DNA of 64,000 nucleotides from Octopus sinensis (lineage: Eukaryota), in the NCBI RefSeq assembly GCF_006345805.1, contig NC_043010.1:52080001-52144000 (forward strand). The letters are read 5' to 3'. Under the pieces are notes generated by a model that worked only from the letters and a program-made list of their open reading frames with translations, searched no databases and was not told the DNA's origin. Numbering within the stretch: the stretch's first letter is position 1; each line of letters starts with the position of its first letter. The translations under genes were made by a program, and so were the position numbers. Positions 1 to 11,070 of this stretch are shown here, one piece after another.

Positions 1-563
1 TATTGGGTCATCCCATAAAAAATGCGGTTTTTTCAATTGCATGAAAAGTCACAGGGGGATGGGATAAACTACCTGCATCAACTTGCTATAAAAGCAGATA
101 ATTTTACCTTGGTCTTATTCTTAGTACCAGTTATGAAGAGTGCAGTTCAATTTTAACAGCTACTTTTTCAAAGTTATAATGGAAGTGACAAAGGAGCATA
201 TTTGGCATATTTTACTTTATGAGTTCAATAAAGGCAACAACACAATGGAAAGTGTGAGGAATATTGATGCAGACCATAAGTGTAAGCCAGTGTCAACGGT
301 AGTTCCAGAAATTCCGAGCCAGAAACTACAGCCTAGAAGACGAGCCTCATCCTGGAAGATCAGTAGAGCTTGATGGAGATATCCTGCAAACCCTGGTAGA
401 ACAAAATCCCATTGTAACTGTTGAGGAACTAGCAGAGATGCTTGGATTTGGTCATTCAACCGTTCATTGACACCTGCATGCCATTGGAAAAATCAGCAAA
501 TTAGGTCAATGGGTTCCTTATAAACTTTCCGAGTTTAATCGCACACAGAGAGTGAATGTATGC
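1..563 (+). mobile_element. Mariner (Tc1/mariner) transposon 5' fragment, pseudogenised
   Basis: TA-TTGGGTCATCCCATAA terminus at 1. ATG at 179 gives MEVTKEHIWHILLYEFNKG; after a frameshift SLEDEPHPGRS...HLHAIGKISKLGQWVPYKL (WVPHEL-like motif at ~510). In-frame stops present; truncated at ~563. Confidence 0.85.
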
Positions 564-564
564 T

Positions 565-700
565 CCAGAATCTGCCGACATCAAACCAGTCCTTACCGAT
601 GAGGCGATGGAAATTGCCAAAACTGGCTGTCAGTATAAGGAATTCTCAAACGGTGTTTTCAAACGATTACAGTCTCTGTCAGTATATATGTATACAATTA
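565..700 (+). mobile_element. Penelope-like pseudo-LTR remnant with degenerate hammerhead ribozyme motif (591-640)
   Basis: CCTTA-CCGATGA-GGCGAT/ggaa/ATTGCC-AAAA-CTGGC/t/GTCAGT-A-TAAGG has type I hammerhead topology with a palindromic helix III. Confidence 0.6.
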
Positions 701-865
701 TGTGCTTTGACTACAGAATTAGAACATTTTAGCTCTTATTTCTAGCAATGTAGGTGTTTCTAACACTCTAGTCACATTTAGTGATGATTATGGCATTCCT
801 TTTTGGTGAAACATTGCAAACTGCTGTCTACATTAATTGTATTTATATAATTAAATTTATATATA

Positions 866-1200
866 GGTGCACACATGGTTCCGGGTTCAGTCCCACTGCA
901 TGGCATCTTGGGCAAGTGTCTTCTGCTATAGCCCCGGGCCGACCAATGCCTTGTGAGTGGATTTGGTAGATGGAAACTGAAAGAAGCCTGTCGTATATAT
1001 GTATGTATATATATGTGTGTGTGTGCATGTGTTTGTCCCCCTAGCATTGCTTGACAACCAATGCTGGTGTGTTTACGTCTCCGTCACTTAACGGGTCGGC
1101 AAAAGAGACCGATAGAATAAGTCCCGGGGTTGATTTGCTCGACTAAAGGTGGTGCTCCAGCATGGCCACAGTCAAATGACTGAAACAAGTAAAAGAGAGA
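866..1200 (+). mobile_element. tRNA-derived CORE-like SINE (family A)
   Basis: GGTTCAGTCCC B-box, CTTGGGCAAGTGTCTT core, internal TA/TG microsatellite, tail GAAACAAGTAAAAGAG. About 20 homologous copies or fragments in the window. Confidence 0.85.
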
Positions 1201-1363
1201 GAGTATATATATTTAGTATTAAAGGATGGTACTTACAATAATAAATATAACTCGGTGAGGCAGCAAGCCTGTCAGCTGACTTCATGCAAGTAGTTCTCAA
1301 CAAGCTGACACTAGATCACACAGCATCATTAGATCACTGTTCATTCAGTCAGTTGTGGATTAC

Positions 1364-1395
1364 CTCTGCATCAATGCAAATGGAATTTGATATCA
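1364..1395 (-). CDS. Candidate 32-nt coding exon of an unidentified minus-strand host gene (VISNSICIDAE)
   Basis: ttatttccag|TGATATC...GCAGAG|gtaatc. Phase 1 to 0, in frame with the 6899-6972 candidate exon. Confidence 0.45.
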
Positions 1396-1721
1396 CTGGA
1401 AATAACAACAACAATAATAATAATAATAATAATATAACAGAATAATTAAAGGATCCCATAACAGAAAGACAAAAATCTCAGCCCTAGCAATCATCCAATA
1501 AAAAACAAAAAAGCATCCATTAATGTTCTTTCAAAGACTGTATATTGCTAGCGTGGCTTTTATTAAAGCTGCAAAATTTTCACAAAACTGTTATTCAGAG
1601 TTTCACATTCCAGTTCATCGGACAGTTGTGATCAATATTGTATTTATTGCAGCTGTCTGGCGAATGGGAACATTAACTTTGAGTAACATTTTTGTGAAAA
1701 TTTTGCTCCTTTAATAAAAGT

Positions 1722-2660
1722 ATCATCATCATCATCATTGTTGTCATTTAACGTCCGCTTTCCATGCTGACATGGGCTGGATGGTTTGATTGAGGACTGG
1801 CAACCTAGGAAGCTGCACCAGACTCCAATCTGATTTGACGATGTTTCTACAGCTGGATGCCCTTCCTAACGCCAACCACTCCGACAATATAGTGGGTGAT
1901 TGTTACGTGCCACCAGCATAGGAGCCAGCCAGGTGGCATTGGCATTGACCACACTCGAATGATGCTTTTTACATGCCACCTGCAAAGGTGCGAGTCAGGT
2001 GGCACTGGCATTAGTCATGCTTGAATGGTGCTTTTTACATGCCACCAGCACAGGAGCCAGTCTGGCAGCACTGGTATCGGTCACGACTACAATTTCACTT
2101 GGTTCGACAGATCTTCACAACCACAGCATATTGCCCAATGACTGAACGGTCATGGCTACGACCTCACTTGGCTTGCCGGATCTTCTGAGGCACAGCATAT
2201 CTCCAGAGGTTTCGGTCATCTGTCATTGCCCCTGTGAAGCCCAACGTTCGAAGGTCATGCATCACCACCTCATCCTATGTCTTCCTGTGTCTACCTCTTC
2301 TACAGGTTCTCTCTGCTGTTAGGATGTGACACTTCTTCACACAGTTGTCCTCATCCATACACAACACATGACCACACCAGCACAGTTGTCTCTCTTGCAC
2401 ACCACATCTGATGCTTCTTATGTCCAACTTTTCTCTCAGGACGTTTACACTCTGTCATATATGCACACTGACATTACACAATCCAGTGGAGTGTACTATC
2501 TTCATTTGTTTCAAGCCTACGCATGTCCTCAGCAGTTACAACCCATGTTTCACCGCCATGTAGCATGGCTGTTCACACACAAGCATCATACAGTCTACCT
2601 TTCACTCTGAGTGAGAGACCCTTTGTTACCAGCAGGAGTAGGAGCCCTGTGAACTTTGCT
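1722..2660 (-). mobile_element. RTE-clade LINE, 3' portion (post-RT C-terminus, 3'UTR, (GAT)n tail)
   Basis: Minus strand encodes degenerate LLPLLVTKGLSL...RLYDACV...DEDNCVKKCH...GRHRKT. Tail is CGGACGTTAAATGAC...(GAT)n. Confidence 0.85.
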
Positions 2661-2994
2661 CAGGCTAATGGTATACACCTGGTAGTTTGCCAGTAAAGCA
2701 CATTCACTGGCTCAGTGTATGTTGAATATGTAATTAATTGTGCGAAACAGAGTTTATTTTAATGAGACACTTCTTGAAATCACCAGAGGAGACACATCTA
2801 CACCAAGAGATACACCTAAACCAGTTGTACAGTATCCCACCCTTGAGGGATTGATGCTAGATGGGTTAAAATGATTGTAGTGATCAATAGATTCTCATAT
2901 CTTCCATCCCTCTCATTGATTATTTGTTTATATATATAGTCCAACCCATGCTAGCATGGAAAGCGGACATTAAACGATGATGATGATGATATAT

Positions 2995-3030
<36 letters not shown>

Positions 3031-3084
3031 TTACCTTTACTATGAGAAATAAACAATATGGTTACATGATGGGGTTTTATCTTT

Positions 3085-4708
3085 TTGTAGCAGAAAAAGA
3101 GGGATCGATCTGATTAGTGTCACAACACCCCCTATGAAAATAGACTTGTTCGAATGACTATAATTAGTAGTGGTCTGAGTGAGAGACAGAAGGAGACTAG
3201 GCGTTAATCGCAAGAAGTCCTAAGGTGTCATTTTGGTAGTTTGTCGGAATATTGTTTGTTAGTTCATATATAGTTTGCAGAGAGTTTGTTGGATTGCTAT
3301 GTTGTTGTTACCCTGCTTCGTTATATATTTTATTGTTACTGCATGGTTATAGTGTAAACGAGTATCATCATATATAGTGGTGACACTACAATAATTGGCA
3401 ACAAGTAACTATGTTACAATACTGGTAATGAGGATTCGAAGCTCACCCAGGCCAGTTAACAAATTTTTGTGCTACAAAGTTGTTAATGATGGAAGACTTA
3501 TTAGCTTTTATAATACAGTTGCAGCAGCAACAGGAGTTGCACCAACAACTACAACAACTACAGCACAATCAGTTGCAGAAAGTGTCAATCAACAGTACCT
3601 AAGAGTTGAACAACAGTGCTCAAGAGTCGAACAGCAGTACCAAAGAGTCAAACAACAGTACCCAAGAGTCGAACAACAGTACCCAAGAGTCGAACAACAG
3701 TACCCAAGAGTCAAACAACAGTACCCAAGAGTCAAACAACAGTACCCAAGAGTCAAACAACAGTACCCAAGAGTCAAACAACAGTACCCAAGAGTCGAAC
3801 AGCAGTACCCAAGAGTCGAACAGCAGTACCCAAGAGTCGAACAGCAGTACCCAAGAGTCGAACAACAGTACCCAAGAGTCAAACAACAGTACCCAAGAGT
3901 CAAACAACAGTACCCGAGAGTCAAACAACAGTACCCGAGAGTCAAACAACAGTACCCAAGAGCCAAACAGCAGTACCCAAGAGTTGAACAGCAGTACCCA
4001 AGGGTTGAACAGCAGTTACTGGAAAAAATGAGGAAATGTGGAAACACTATAAGTTTGTTTTCACCAGACAGCATATCAAACTCTATAACAAAATTCATCT
4101 ATGACCCAGAGGAGGGTATAACGTCTGCAATGTACTTTAGAAGGTATGAAGAAATCTTCAGGGAAGATTGCAAGTCATGGATGGACAACGTAAAAGATTA
4201 CTATTATGTAAATTAGTGCCAGCTGTGCATGAGAAGTTATGTAAAAAAATTGAAGAGAAGGAGTTCTCACAAGTAAAGCATGCTGACCAGGAAGGCATAA
4301 GCAAAAAAATAATGTCGAGACCAAACCCATGCTACAGATGTGGAGCCCTACATTTGAAGAAGGACTGTTCTTTCAAAACACGAAAATATTACAGCTGCCA
4401 AAAAATAGGACACAAGAGCTCACATTGCAGAGCAAAGTTAGGAAGGTCGAACATAAAAAAATTCAAAAGTTTTCTTTAAAAGAAAGAAGAAACAACACCA
4501 TAAAGAGGAAATTTCTATATGTAAAAGTAAACAAAGTGAATATTAAATTACAACTAGATACTGGTAGCGACATTTCAATTATTCATACTGACATGTGGTA
4601 AAGATTTGGGAAATCTACATTGAGAAAAACATCAAAAATTGCTTGAGGCATGACAGGTGAAAAACTACACTTAGTAGGCAAAATGTGGAGTGAAAACTTT
4701 AGACTTTC
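3085..4708 (+). mobile_element. Decayed Ty3/gypsy LTR retrotransposon: putative 5' LTR, PBS, gag (CCHC knuckles), aspartic protease
   Basis: TG-start at 3085. PBS-like TGGTAATGAGGAT at 3423. Q-rich gag from ATG 3489. FIYDPEEGITSAMYFRRYEEIF motif, CYRCGALHLKKDC and SCQKIGHKSSHC knuckles, LQLDTGSDISII at ~4550. Frameshifts and stops present. Confidence 0.85.
3589..4015 (+). repeat. 21-bp minisatellite, ~20 units (CAAGAGTC[G/A]AACAACAGTACC), encoding QQYPRV[E/K]
   Basis: Tandem array directly visible inside gag. Confidence 0.97.
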
Positions 4709-5065
4709 CCAAGAGTCAAACAACAGTACCCAAGAGATGAACAACAGTACCCAAGAGATGAACAACAGTACCCGAGAGTTAAACAACAGTACCCGAGAGT
4801 CAAACAACAGTACCCAAGAGATGAACAACAGTACCCAAGAGTCAAACAACAGTACCCGAGAGATGAACAATAGTGCCCAAGAGTCAAACAACAGTACCCA
4901 AAAGTCTAACAACAGTACCCGAGAGTCAAACAACAGCACCCGAGAGTCAAACAACAGTACCCGAGAATCAAACAACAGTATCCAAGAGTCAAACAACAGT
5001 ACCCAAGAGATGAACAACAGTACCCAAGAGTCAAACAGCAGTACCCGCCAAGAGTTGAACAGCAG
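4708..5065 (+). repeat. Second 21-bp minisatellite array, ~17 units, with GATGAAC variant units
   Basis: Same unit as 3589-4015 plus variant units. Confidence 0.95.
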
Positions 5066-5315
5066 TTACTAGAAAAAATGAGGAAGTGTGGAAACACTTC
5101 CTCATTTTTGTCCTCATATAAGTTTGTTTTCACCAGACAGCATATCAAACTCAATAAAAAAATTCATCTATGACCCAGAGGAGGGTATAACATCTGCAAT
5201 GTACTTTAGAAGATATGAAGAAATCACCAGGGAAGACTGCAAGTTGTGGACGGACAACAAAAAAAGTAAGATTATTATTACATAAATTAGTAGCAGCTGA
5301 GCATGAAAAATATTG
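5050..5315 (+). mobile_element. Duplicate of gypsy gag segment (copy of ~4000-4235)
   Basis: SLFSPDSISNSIKKFIYDPEEGITSAMYFRRYEEI and KVRLLLHKLVAAEHEKY; highly similar to 4021-4235. Confidence 0.9.
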
Positions 5316-5317
5316 GG

Positions 5318-5849
5318 GCATCTTGGGAGGGTCATTACACACATTGGCTCTGTTTTGTAGTGAAAGAGGTAGTATGGTGGACCCGTTTGAAAGGGCTAAA
5401 GTCAGACACTTTCCTCTTTGGCCAAGGCCTCATCAACTTTTTCAAGTTCCACTTGAAAAGGAAGATGAGAGCAGAGAGGGAAGTGCAGTCTCCTAGCAAA
5501 TTTATTGAAAGGCGGGTGAATGTTGGTAAAATGGCCGGTATAACGGACCAATTCTGAGGATACACCTGTAAAAAAAAAGGTAATATTAAAGGAGAAGGGG
5601 CTCTCTACCCCTTTTGACCAGGCTCCTGTGGCTTTTATGGATTTTTTTAGGAGTAACCTTTCAAAGCGCCTCCCCCTATTGGGAGTTTTATTTGTTATAT
5701 TTTTCATAGTTATTTGAATGTTTACACGGACTTTTCTTTTTCGCAAAACAGTTTGTACTTTTCGTCCTGTGTTTGCCCTTACATCTTTTTTGATTTATGG
5801 TAGCCCTTATGGCCAATAAAGCCAGAATTAATTATTATTATTATTATTA
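5318..5849 (+). mobile_element. Non-LTR retrotransposon 3' end (L1/Tx1-like ORF2 C-terminus, 3'UTR, (ATT)n tail)
   Basis: VVKEVVWWTRLKGL...LINFFKFHLKRKMRAER...KFIERR peptide. AATAAA at 5815 followed by (ATT)n. Confidence 0.55.
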
Positions 5850-5859
5850 GTCAATGTAA

Positions 5860-6050
5860 GGCAGCAAGCTGGCAGAATCGATACTGCACCAGACAAAACG
5901 CTTAGCGGCATTTCTTTCCAAGTTCAAATGTTGCTTTGGTTGACTTTGCCTTTCATCCTTTCAGGGTTGAATAAAATAAGAACAAGTTGAGAACTGGGGT
6001 CAATGTAATTGACAAGCCCCACCTTTCAAAAATTGATAACCTTGTGCCAA
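5860..6050 (+). mobile_element. Diverged Meta-domain-like SINE (family B)
   Basis: GGCAGCAAGCTGGCAGAA head; GACTTTGCCTTTCATCCTTTC core. Confidence 0.75.
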
Positions 6051-6619
6051 AATAAGAAAAGACTATCGTTCATCAATTCATTAACACTTAACTTATTGAT
6101 TGCTTGATTAATTGTTCAGTCAATCAAGCAATCAGCTAGGTTTGTCAAAGCCATTTCATTGCTATATGCAACATAATCAATGACATGTCCTCTCTACACT
6201 AGGTCTGCCGGCCTGTCTTCTAATTTCCAGCTTCTATATTTATATTCATATGGATGTGAGTGAGAATGCATGTGAGCTGTGGGTGCAGTGGTGATTATTA
6301 TAGTAAAGCATGTTTTCACTGATGTTGTTTGGTGTTATAATGTCCTAGTTTACATCTGATCTGAACGAGTGTTTGTTCAGTTTCAGACAGACGATCAATG
6401 TTACTGCATATACTGTAAGGTAAAGTATTGTTTCGCATTGGAAAAATGAACCCCCTTCCCGACCACGCGTCAGAGGGGAATGTGAAGAATGAAAAGGGGC
6501 AGATACAAATTGCCACATTTTATAAAATTAGGATAGCCATGAACATTCTTTAACAAGAGCAACACCATGGAAAAAGGGAAAATTCGGATGCAAATTGTAT
6601 TATGTATATCTCATAAACA

Positions 6620-6878
6620 AGGTCAGGTAAGGTTACCTTCTTGTATCATACGGACTCATAAGAGCTGGTTTTCTGGTTTCAAGGCGTGTATATTCCCCAC
6701 CTGGACAGGACACTGGTCCATCACAGGATTACTCATTTTTACCAGCTGAGTGGACTGGAGCAACATGAAATGAAGTGTTTTGCTCAAGAACACAATGTGT
6801 TGCCTGGTCCAGGAATTGAAATCACAATCTTACAATCATAAGTCCAACATCTTAACCACTTAATCAAATGCTTCCACA
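6620..6878 (-). mobile_element. tRNA-derived SINE (family C variant)
   Basis: Reverse of GTGTTCTTGAGCAAAACACTTCATTTCATGTTGCTCCAGTCCACTCAGCTG core, plus tRNA-like head. Confidence 0.75.
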
Positions 6879-6898
6879 CTTGATAAAGTCGGACATAC

Positions 6899-6972
6899 CC
6901 AAAAATTTCACTGATATTTGAAACGGAGATACTATTTCTTCCCACTCTGAGATCTGCTGGTGTAAGGCACAT
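6899..6972 (-). CDS. Candidate 74-nt coding exon of the minus-strand host gene (CALHQQISEWEEIVSPFQISVKFL)
   Basis: tgtgtttatttaaaag|ATGTGCC...TTTTTGG|gtatgt. Unique sequence between repeats; open in phase 2 to 1. Confidence 0.5.
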
Positions 6973-7101
6973 CTTTTAAATAAACACAATTTTAGCCTTG
7001 TGGTGAAAAGTGGTTACATCACCGTTTACATTCACACATAACAGTACATGCATTAAGTTAGAAAATAAGCCCTGTTGTATTTTTTACATGATCACTTAGC
7101 C

Positions 7102-7565
7102 TAGTGTTTTCCAACCTATTTTCCCCCAGGTCACACTATAATTTTCCAGAAAATGTATGCCCTATCTTTCGTTTTTGGATTTAGCTTGCAAGATTCTCTA
7201 TGTGAGTTCGTGTGTTGAAGCATATTTTGTTGTGCCTGGGGAGAGTCATTTTCTTTTTGTGCCTTATGATTTAACACAATCACCGGTAAAATTTCCACTT
7301 ATTTCTTATTTTCCTAAAATTTCTGTTGCATCTTGCAACCTTTTCAATAGTATGCCCTATCAGTTGTTGGAAAATATTCTTAATAGTTTATCACAATTAT
7401 TTAATACAAAAGAATCTACCAGTAACTTTTTTATTAAGTACTGAGTACAAAAAAATAATGAATCACTTTAATGAGGACCTTGTGCCTGGTAACTATAGCA
7501 CCACGCCCACCTCAATTTTCCCGGGCTCCACCGGTGGGGCGTATGCCCTATGTTGGGAATCACTG
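7102..7565. mobile_element. hAT-like MITE
   Basis: Termini TAGTGTTTTCCAAC / GTTGGGAATCACTG. Flanks ACTTAGCC / ACTTAGAT look like a degenerate 8-bp TSD. Confidence 0.6.
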
Positions 7566-7624
7566 ACTTAGATGGTACATTTTCAATACTTACAATGAAT
7601 TAAGCATTACATTTTACATTCTAA

Positions 7625-8720
7625 TATTGTTTTCCAGCAATGGAAGCAGCAAAAAATCTTTGTTCAATCTATGGAAATGAATTTTTAACCCTTTAGCATT
7701 TTAAACCAGCCATATCCAGCCCAAATATTCTACTTGTTTGACTTTCAAACTAGCCAGATCTGGCCTATTATATCATTCTAAAACTATGTGTGATCATGTC
7801 ATTGAAATTTCAAAGCTACAAGACAGAGTATGATTAATTCAAAATAATCTGAATACATAAGCATTACATTTGGCAGAATAATCTGAGTGCTAAAGGTTTA
7901 AGAGTCTGAAAATGCTAATGGTGGTTTGGCTAGTTAAACTTTGGGAATTTTTTCTTTTGCCAATTCCCCTCAATCTGGGTAACCAGGTTCTATCAATATT
8001 AAGCTTCTGAAAACTGTAGTTGAGGAAAATCCAAAACAAACTGAATGTGAATTAGCAAAGCAGTTCAAGTCATACATTGATCATAAAACACCTTCAGGAA
8101 ATAGGAAAAGTGTCTACACAAAGGGTTCCTCGCTGCTGAAACTTTCCTGGGTAAAGTCATCACAAGTGACATAAAAAGGATTCTTTGCAATAACATCCAA
8201 CAAAAAGAACAATGGTTAGCAGACAATGATAAAAAATTCATCTCCAAACAAAGACAGCACCCAAAGAAAGTTACGCTCTATGTTTGGAGGGATATGAAAG
8301 GTTTTATCTATCATGAAGTGTTAAACCAAAACGAGATAGTTAAAGTAGAGAAGTTTGGTCATCAAACATAAGTATGCTCAAAAATTTGTAGAAAAAATAC
8401 TCGTCATAAGAGGATATTGCTCTTACACGATAATGCAAAACCACGTATTGCCTGAGTCAATGAGGAAAAGATTATGTCACTAAATATGTAAGTTTTGCCT
8501 GATCCTCTTTGCTCTCTTGACCTCATTCTATCTGACTCATCTTTTCAGATCAGTGCAACATTATTTAGAGGGGGAAAATAGTTAATTCGTTGTGAAAAGG
8601 TTAGAAACAATACGGAATGTTTCTTTGCTTCAAAACCTGAAGAATTTAATGCCTGAGCAATCTACAAGTTGCCAGATCGATGGAATGATGTTATCAATAA
8701 CGAGAGGATATATGATCTTG
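7625..8720 (+). mobile_element. Mariner transposase fossil interrupted by a MITE
   Basis: Degenerate motifs PKKVTLYVWRDMKGFIYHEVL (~8260), LLHDNAKP (~8420), VLPDPLCSLDL (YSPDL-like, ~8490), KLPDRWNDVI (~8665). Confidence 0.8.
7689..7897. mobile_element. piggyBac-like MITE
   Basis: TTAA|CCCTTTAGCA...TGCTAAAGGT|TTAA; homologous to copies at 17057 and 22298. Confidence 0.8.
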
Positions 8721-8725
8721 ATTAA

Positions 8726-8946
8726 CCGTTTCGTTACTGTATCTATTTCGAGATGCTCTGTGTTTCTTTCAATTACTTTAACTATAACAAAGAATTTAGT
8801 AAAACAATTTAATTACCATTAAGCTAGTGTTAGGAACATAAATTGCGACTAAGGTTTGGTGGAAGATTTTAATTCAAAACTTATGAAAACAAGACATATG
8901 TACTACAGAGCCAGAGCCGGTTTTGGCCGGGTTGGTAACGAAAGGG
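8726..8946. mobile_element. piggyBac-like MITE (second family)
   Basis: TTAA|CCGTTTCGTTAC...GTAACGAAAGGG|TTAA. Confidence 0.8.
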
Positions 8947-9219
8947 TTAAATATGTGACAGGACATTCTCTGCAATGTAACAAGTGCAATGCAACTTAGA
9001 ACAGTTTAACTATGTCCTGGTTTAGACAACAAATAGCAACATGCCACTGTCTCTCCATTTGTTCTTGGATACTGATCTAAAAACACTAGTAAATAGTCAG
9101 CACTATTCCAATTTTTCCTGCCCAGAGAGATAAAAATGAAGTGATGACCACTTTGCTCGTCACAGTAAGGTTAAAATTCTTTATTTATCCAAAAATTCTG
9201 CTTATCAAATGTTATCTTT

Positions 9220-9435
9220 TATCATCATCATCATCATCGTCGTCTAACGTCCGTTTCCCAGACTGGGGTCTGAGAAGCCAGGAGGCTGCACCAAGCTCCA
9301 GTCTGATCTGGCAGTGTTTCTACAGCTGGATGCCCTTCCTAACGCGAACCACTCCGTGAATGTAGTGGGTGCTTTGTACGTGCCAAGGGAGGCTGGCAAC
9401 GGCCACGATCAGTTGGTGTTTTTTACATGCCATAG
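9220..9435 (-). mobile_element. RTE LINE 3'UTR fragment
   Basis: (CAT)n followed by CTACAGCTGGATGCCCTTCCTAACG motif. Confidence 0.8.
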
Positions 9436-9683
9436 GCACTATATTTCATGTGTGTAAGTCAATGGACAGCATCCATGATGGGGCACCATTTTGAAAGGTT
9501 TAGTCAAACAAATTGCCCCCAGTACTTTTTTTTCACGCCCCCTTTAAAATCTAGTACCTATTTAATCAATCTCTTTTACTGAACTAAGATACAGGAATGT
9601 TAACAAACCAACACTGTTTGTCAAGTGGTGGGGAAACATGCCCAAAGATGCACGTACACACACACAAGATTCCTGACAGTTGC

Positions 9684-10465
9684 TTATTTCTTTACTGCCC
9701 ACAAGGGGCTACACAGAGAGGGGACAAACAAGGACAGACAAACGGATTAAGTCAATTATATCGACCCCAGTGCATAACTGGTACTTATTTAATCGACCCC
9801 GAAAGGATGAAAGGCAAAGTCAACTTCGGCAGAATTTGAACTCAGAACGTAACAGCAGACGAAATACCTATTTCTTTACTACCTACAAGGGGCTAAACAC
9901 AGAGGGGACAAACAAGGATAGACAAACAGATTAAGTCAATTATATTGACCCCAGTGCGTAACTGGTACTTATTTAATCGACCCCGAAAGGATGAAAGGCA
10001 AAGTCAACTTCAGCAGAATTTGAACTCAGAACGTAACAGCAGACGAAATGCCTATTTCTTTACTACCCACAAGGGGCTAAACACAGAGGGGACAAACAAG
10101 GATGGACAAACAGATTAAGTCGATTATATCGACCCCAGTGCGTAACTGGTACTTATTTAATCAACCCCGAAAGGATGAAAGGCAAAGTCAACTTCAGCAG
10201 AATTTGAACTCAGAACGTAACAGCAGACGAAATGCCTATTTCTTTACTATCCACAAGGGGCTAAACACAGAGGGGACAAACAAGGATGGACAAACAGATT
10301 AAGTCGATTATATCGACCCCAGTGCGTAACTGGTACTTATTTAATCGACCCCAAAAGGATGAAAGGCAAAGTCGACCTAGGTGGAATTTGAACTCAGAAC
10401 GTAGCGGCAGACGAAATACAGATAAGCATTTTGCCCATCATGCTAACGTTTCTGCCAGCTCGCCA
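9684..10465 (-). mobile_element. Tandem tetramer of family B SINE (184-bp period; one head at 10465)
   Basis: Junction GACGAAAT[A/G]CCTATTTCTTTACT at 9867, 10051 and 10235. Confidence 0.92.
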
Positions 10466-10694
10466 TTTCTTGACAGTTTCTACCTACCAAATTCACTCAC
10501 AAGGCATTAGTCAAATCAGTGCTATAATAGAAGGTACTTGCTACTCATGAGACTCAACTCAAAGCGACGTAGTTGCAAAACAAGCTGCTTGACCACACAG
10601 CCATGTCTGCGCATTTGTATTACATTGGGAACTTTCAATTGAACAACTGGAACTTTTGTTTGTTGAACTCAAGGTAAAATCCATTCGTGTGTGT

Positions 10695-11070
10695 TTGTGT
10701 GGTAAGTAGCTTGCTTACCAACCACATGGTTCTGGGTTCAGTCCCATTGCGTGGCACCTTGCGCAAGTGTCTTCTACTATAGCCTCAGGCCGACCAAAGC
10801 CTTGTGAGTGGATTTGGTAGACGGAAACTGAAAGAAGCCTGTCGCATATATGTATGTATATGTATATGTTTGTGTGTCTGTGTTTGTCCCCCAACATCGC
10901 TTGACAACCGATGCTGGTGTGTTTATGTCCCTGTAACTTAGTCGTCCGCCAAAAGAGACCGATAGAATAAGTACTAGGCTTACAAAGAATAAGTCTTGGG
11001 GTCGACTTGCTCGACTAAAGGCAGTGCTCCAGCATGGCCGCAGTCAAATGACAAACAAGTAAAAAAAAAG
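10695..11070 (+). mobile_element. Family A SINE, near full length
   Basis: Same head, core and tail as the other family A copies. Confidence 0.88.

Noticed and set aside
3589-5154. Cys-rich, NST-rich and VLLFDSW ORFs
   Set aside because: Alternative frames of the 21-bp minisatellite; only the QQYPRV frame connects to Gag.
6316-6516. 66-aa minus ORF with protein-like stretch IDRLSETEQTLVQIRCKLG
   Set aside because: No convincing splice sites and stops nearby; perhaps an old transposon, but I cannot assign it.
9684-10465. Regular repeats resembling a CRISPR array
   Set aside because: Whole 184-bp units repeat with no unique spacers; eukaryotic SINE; no cas genes.
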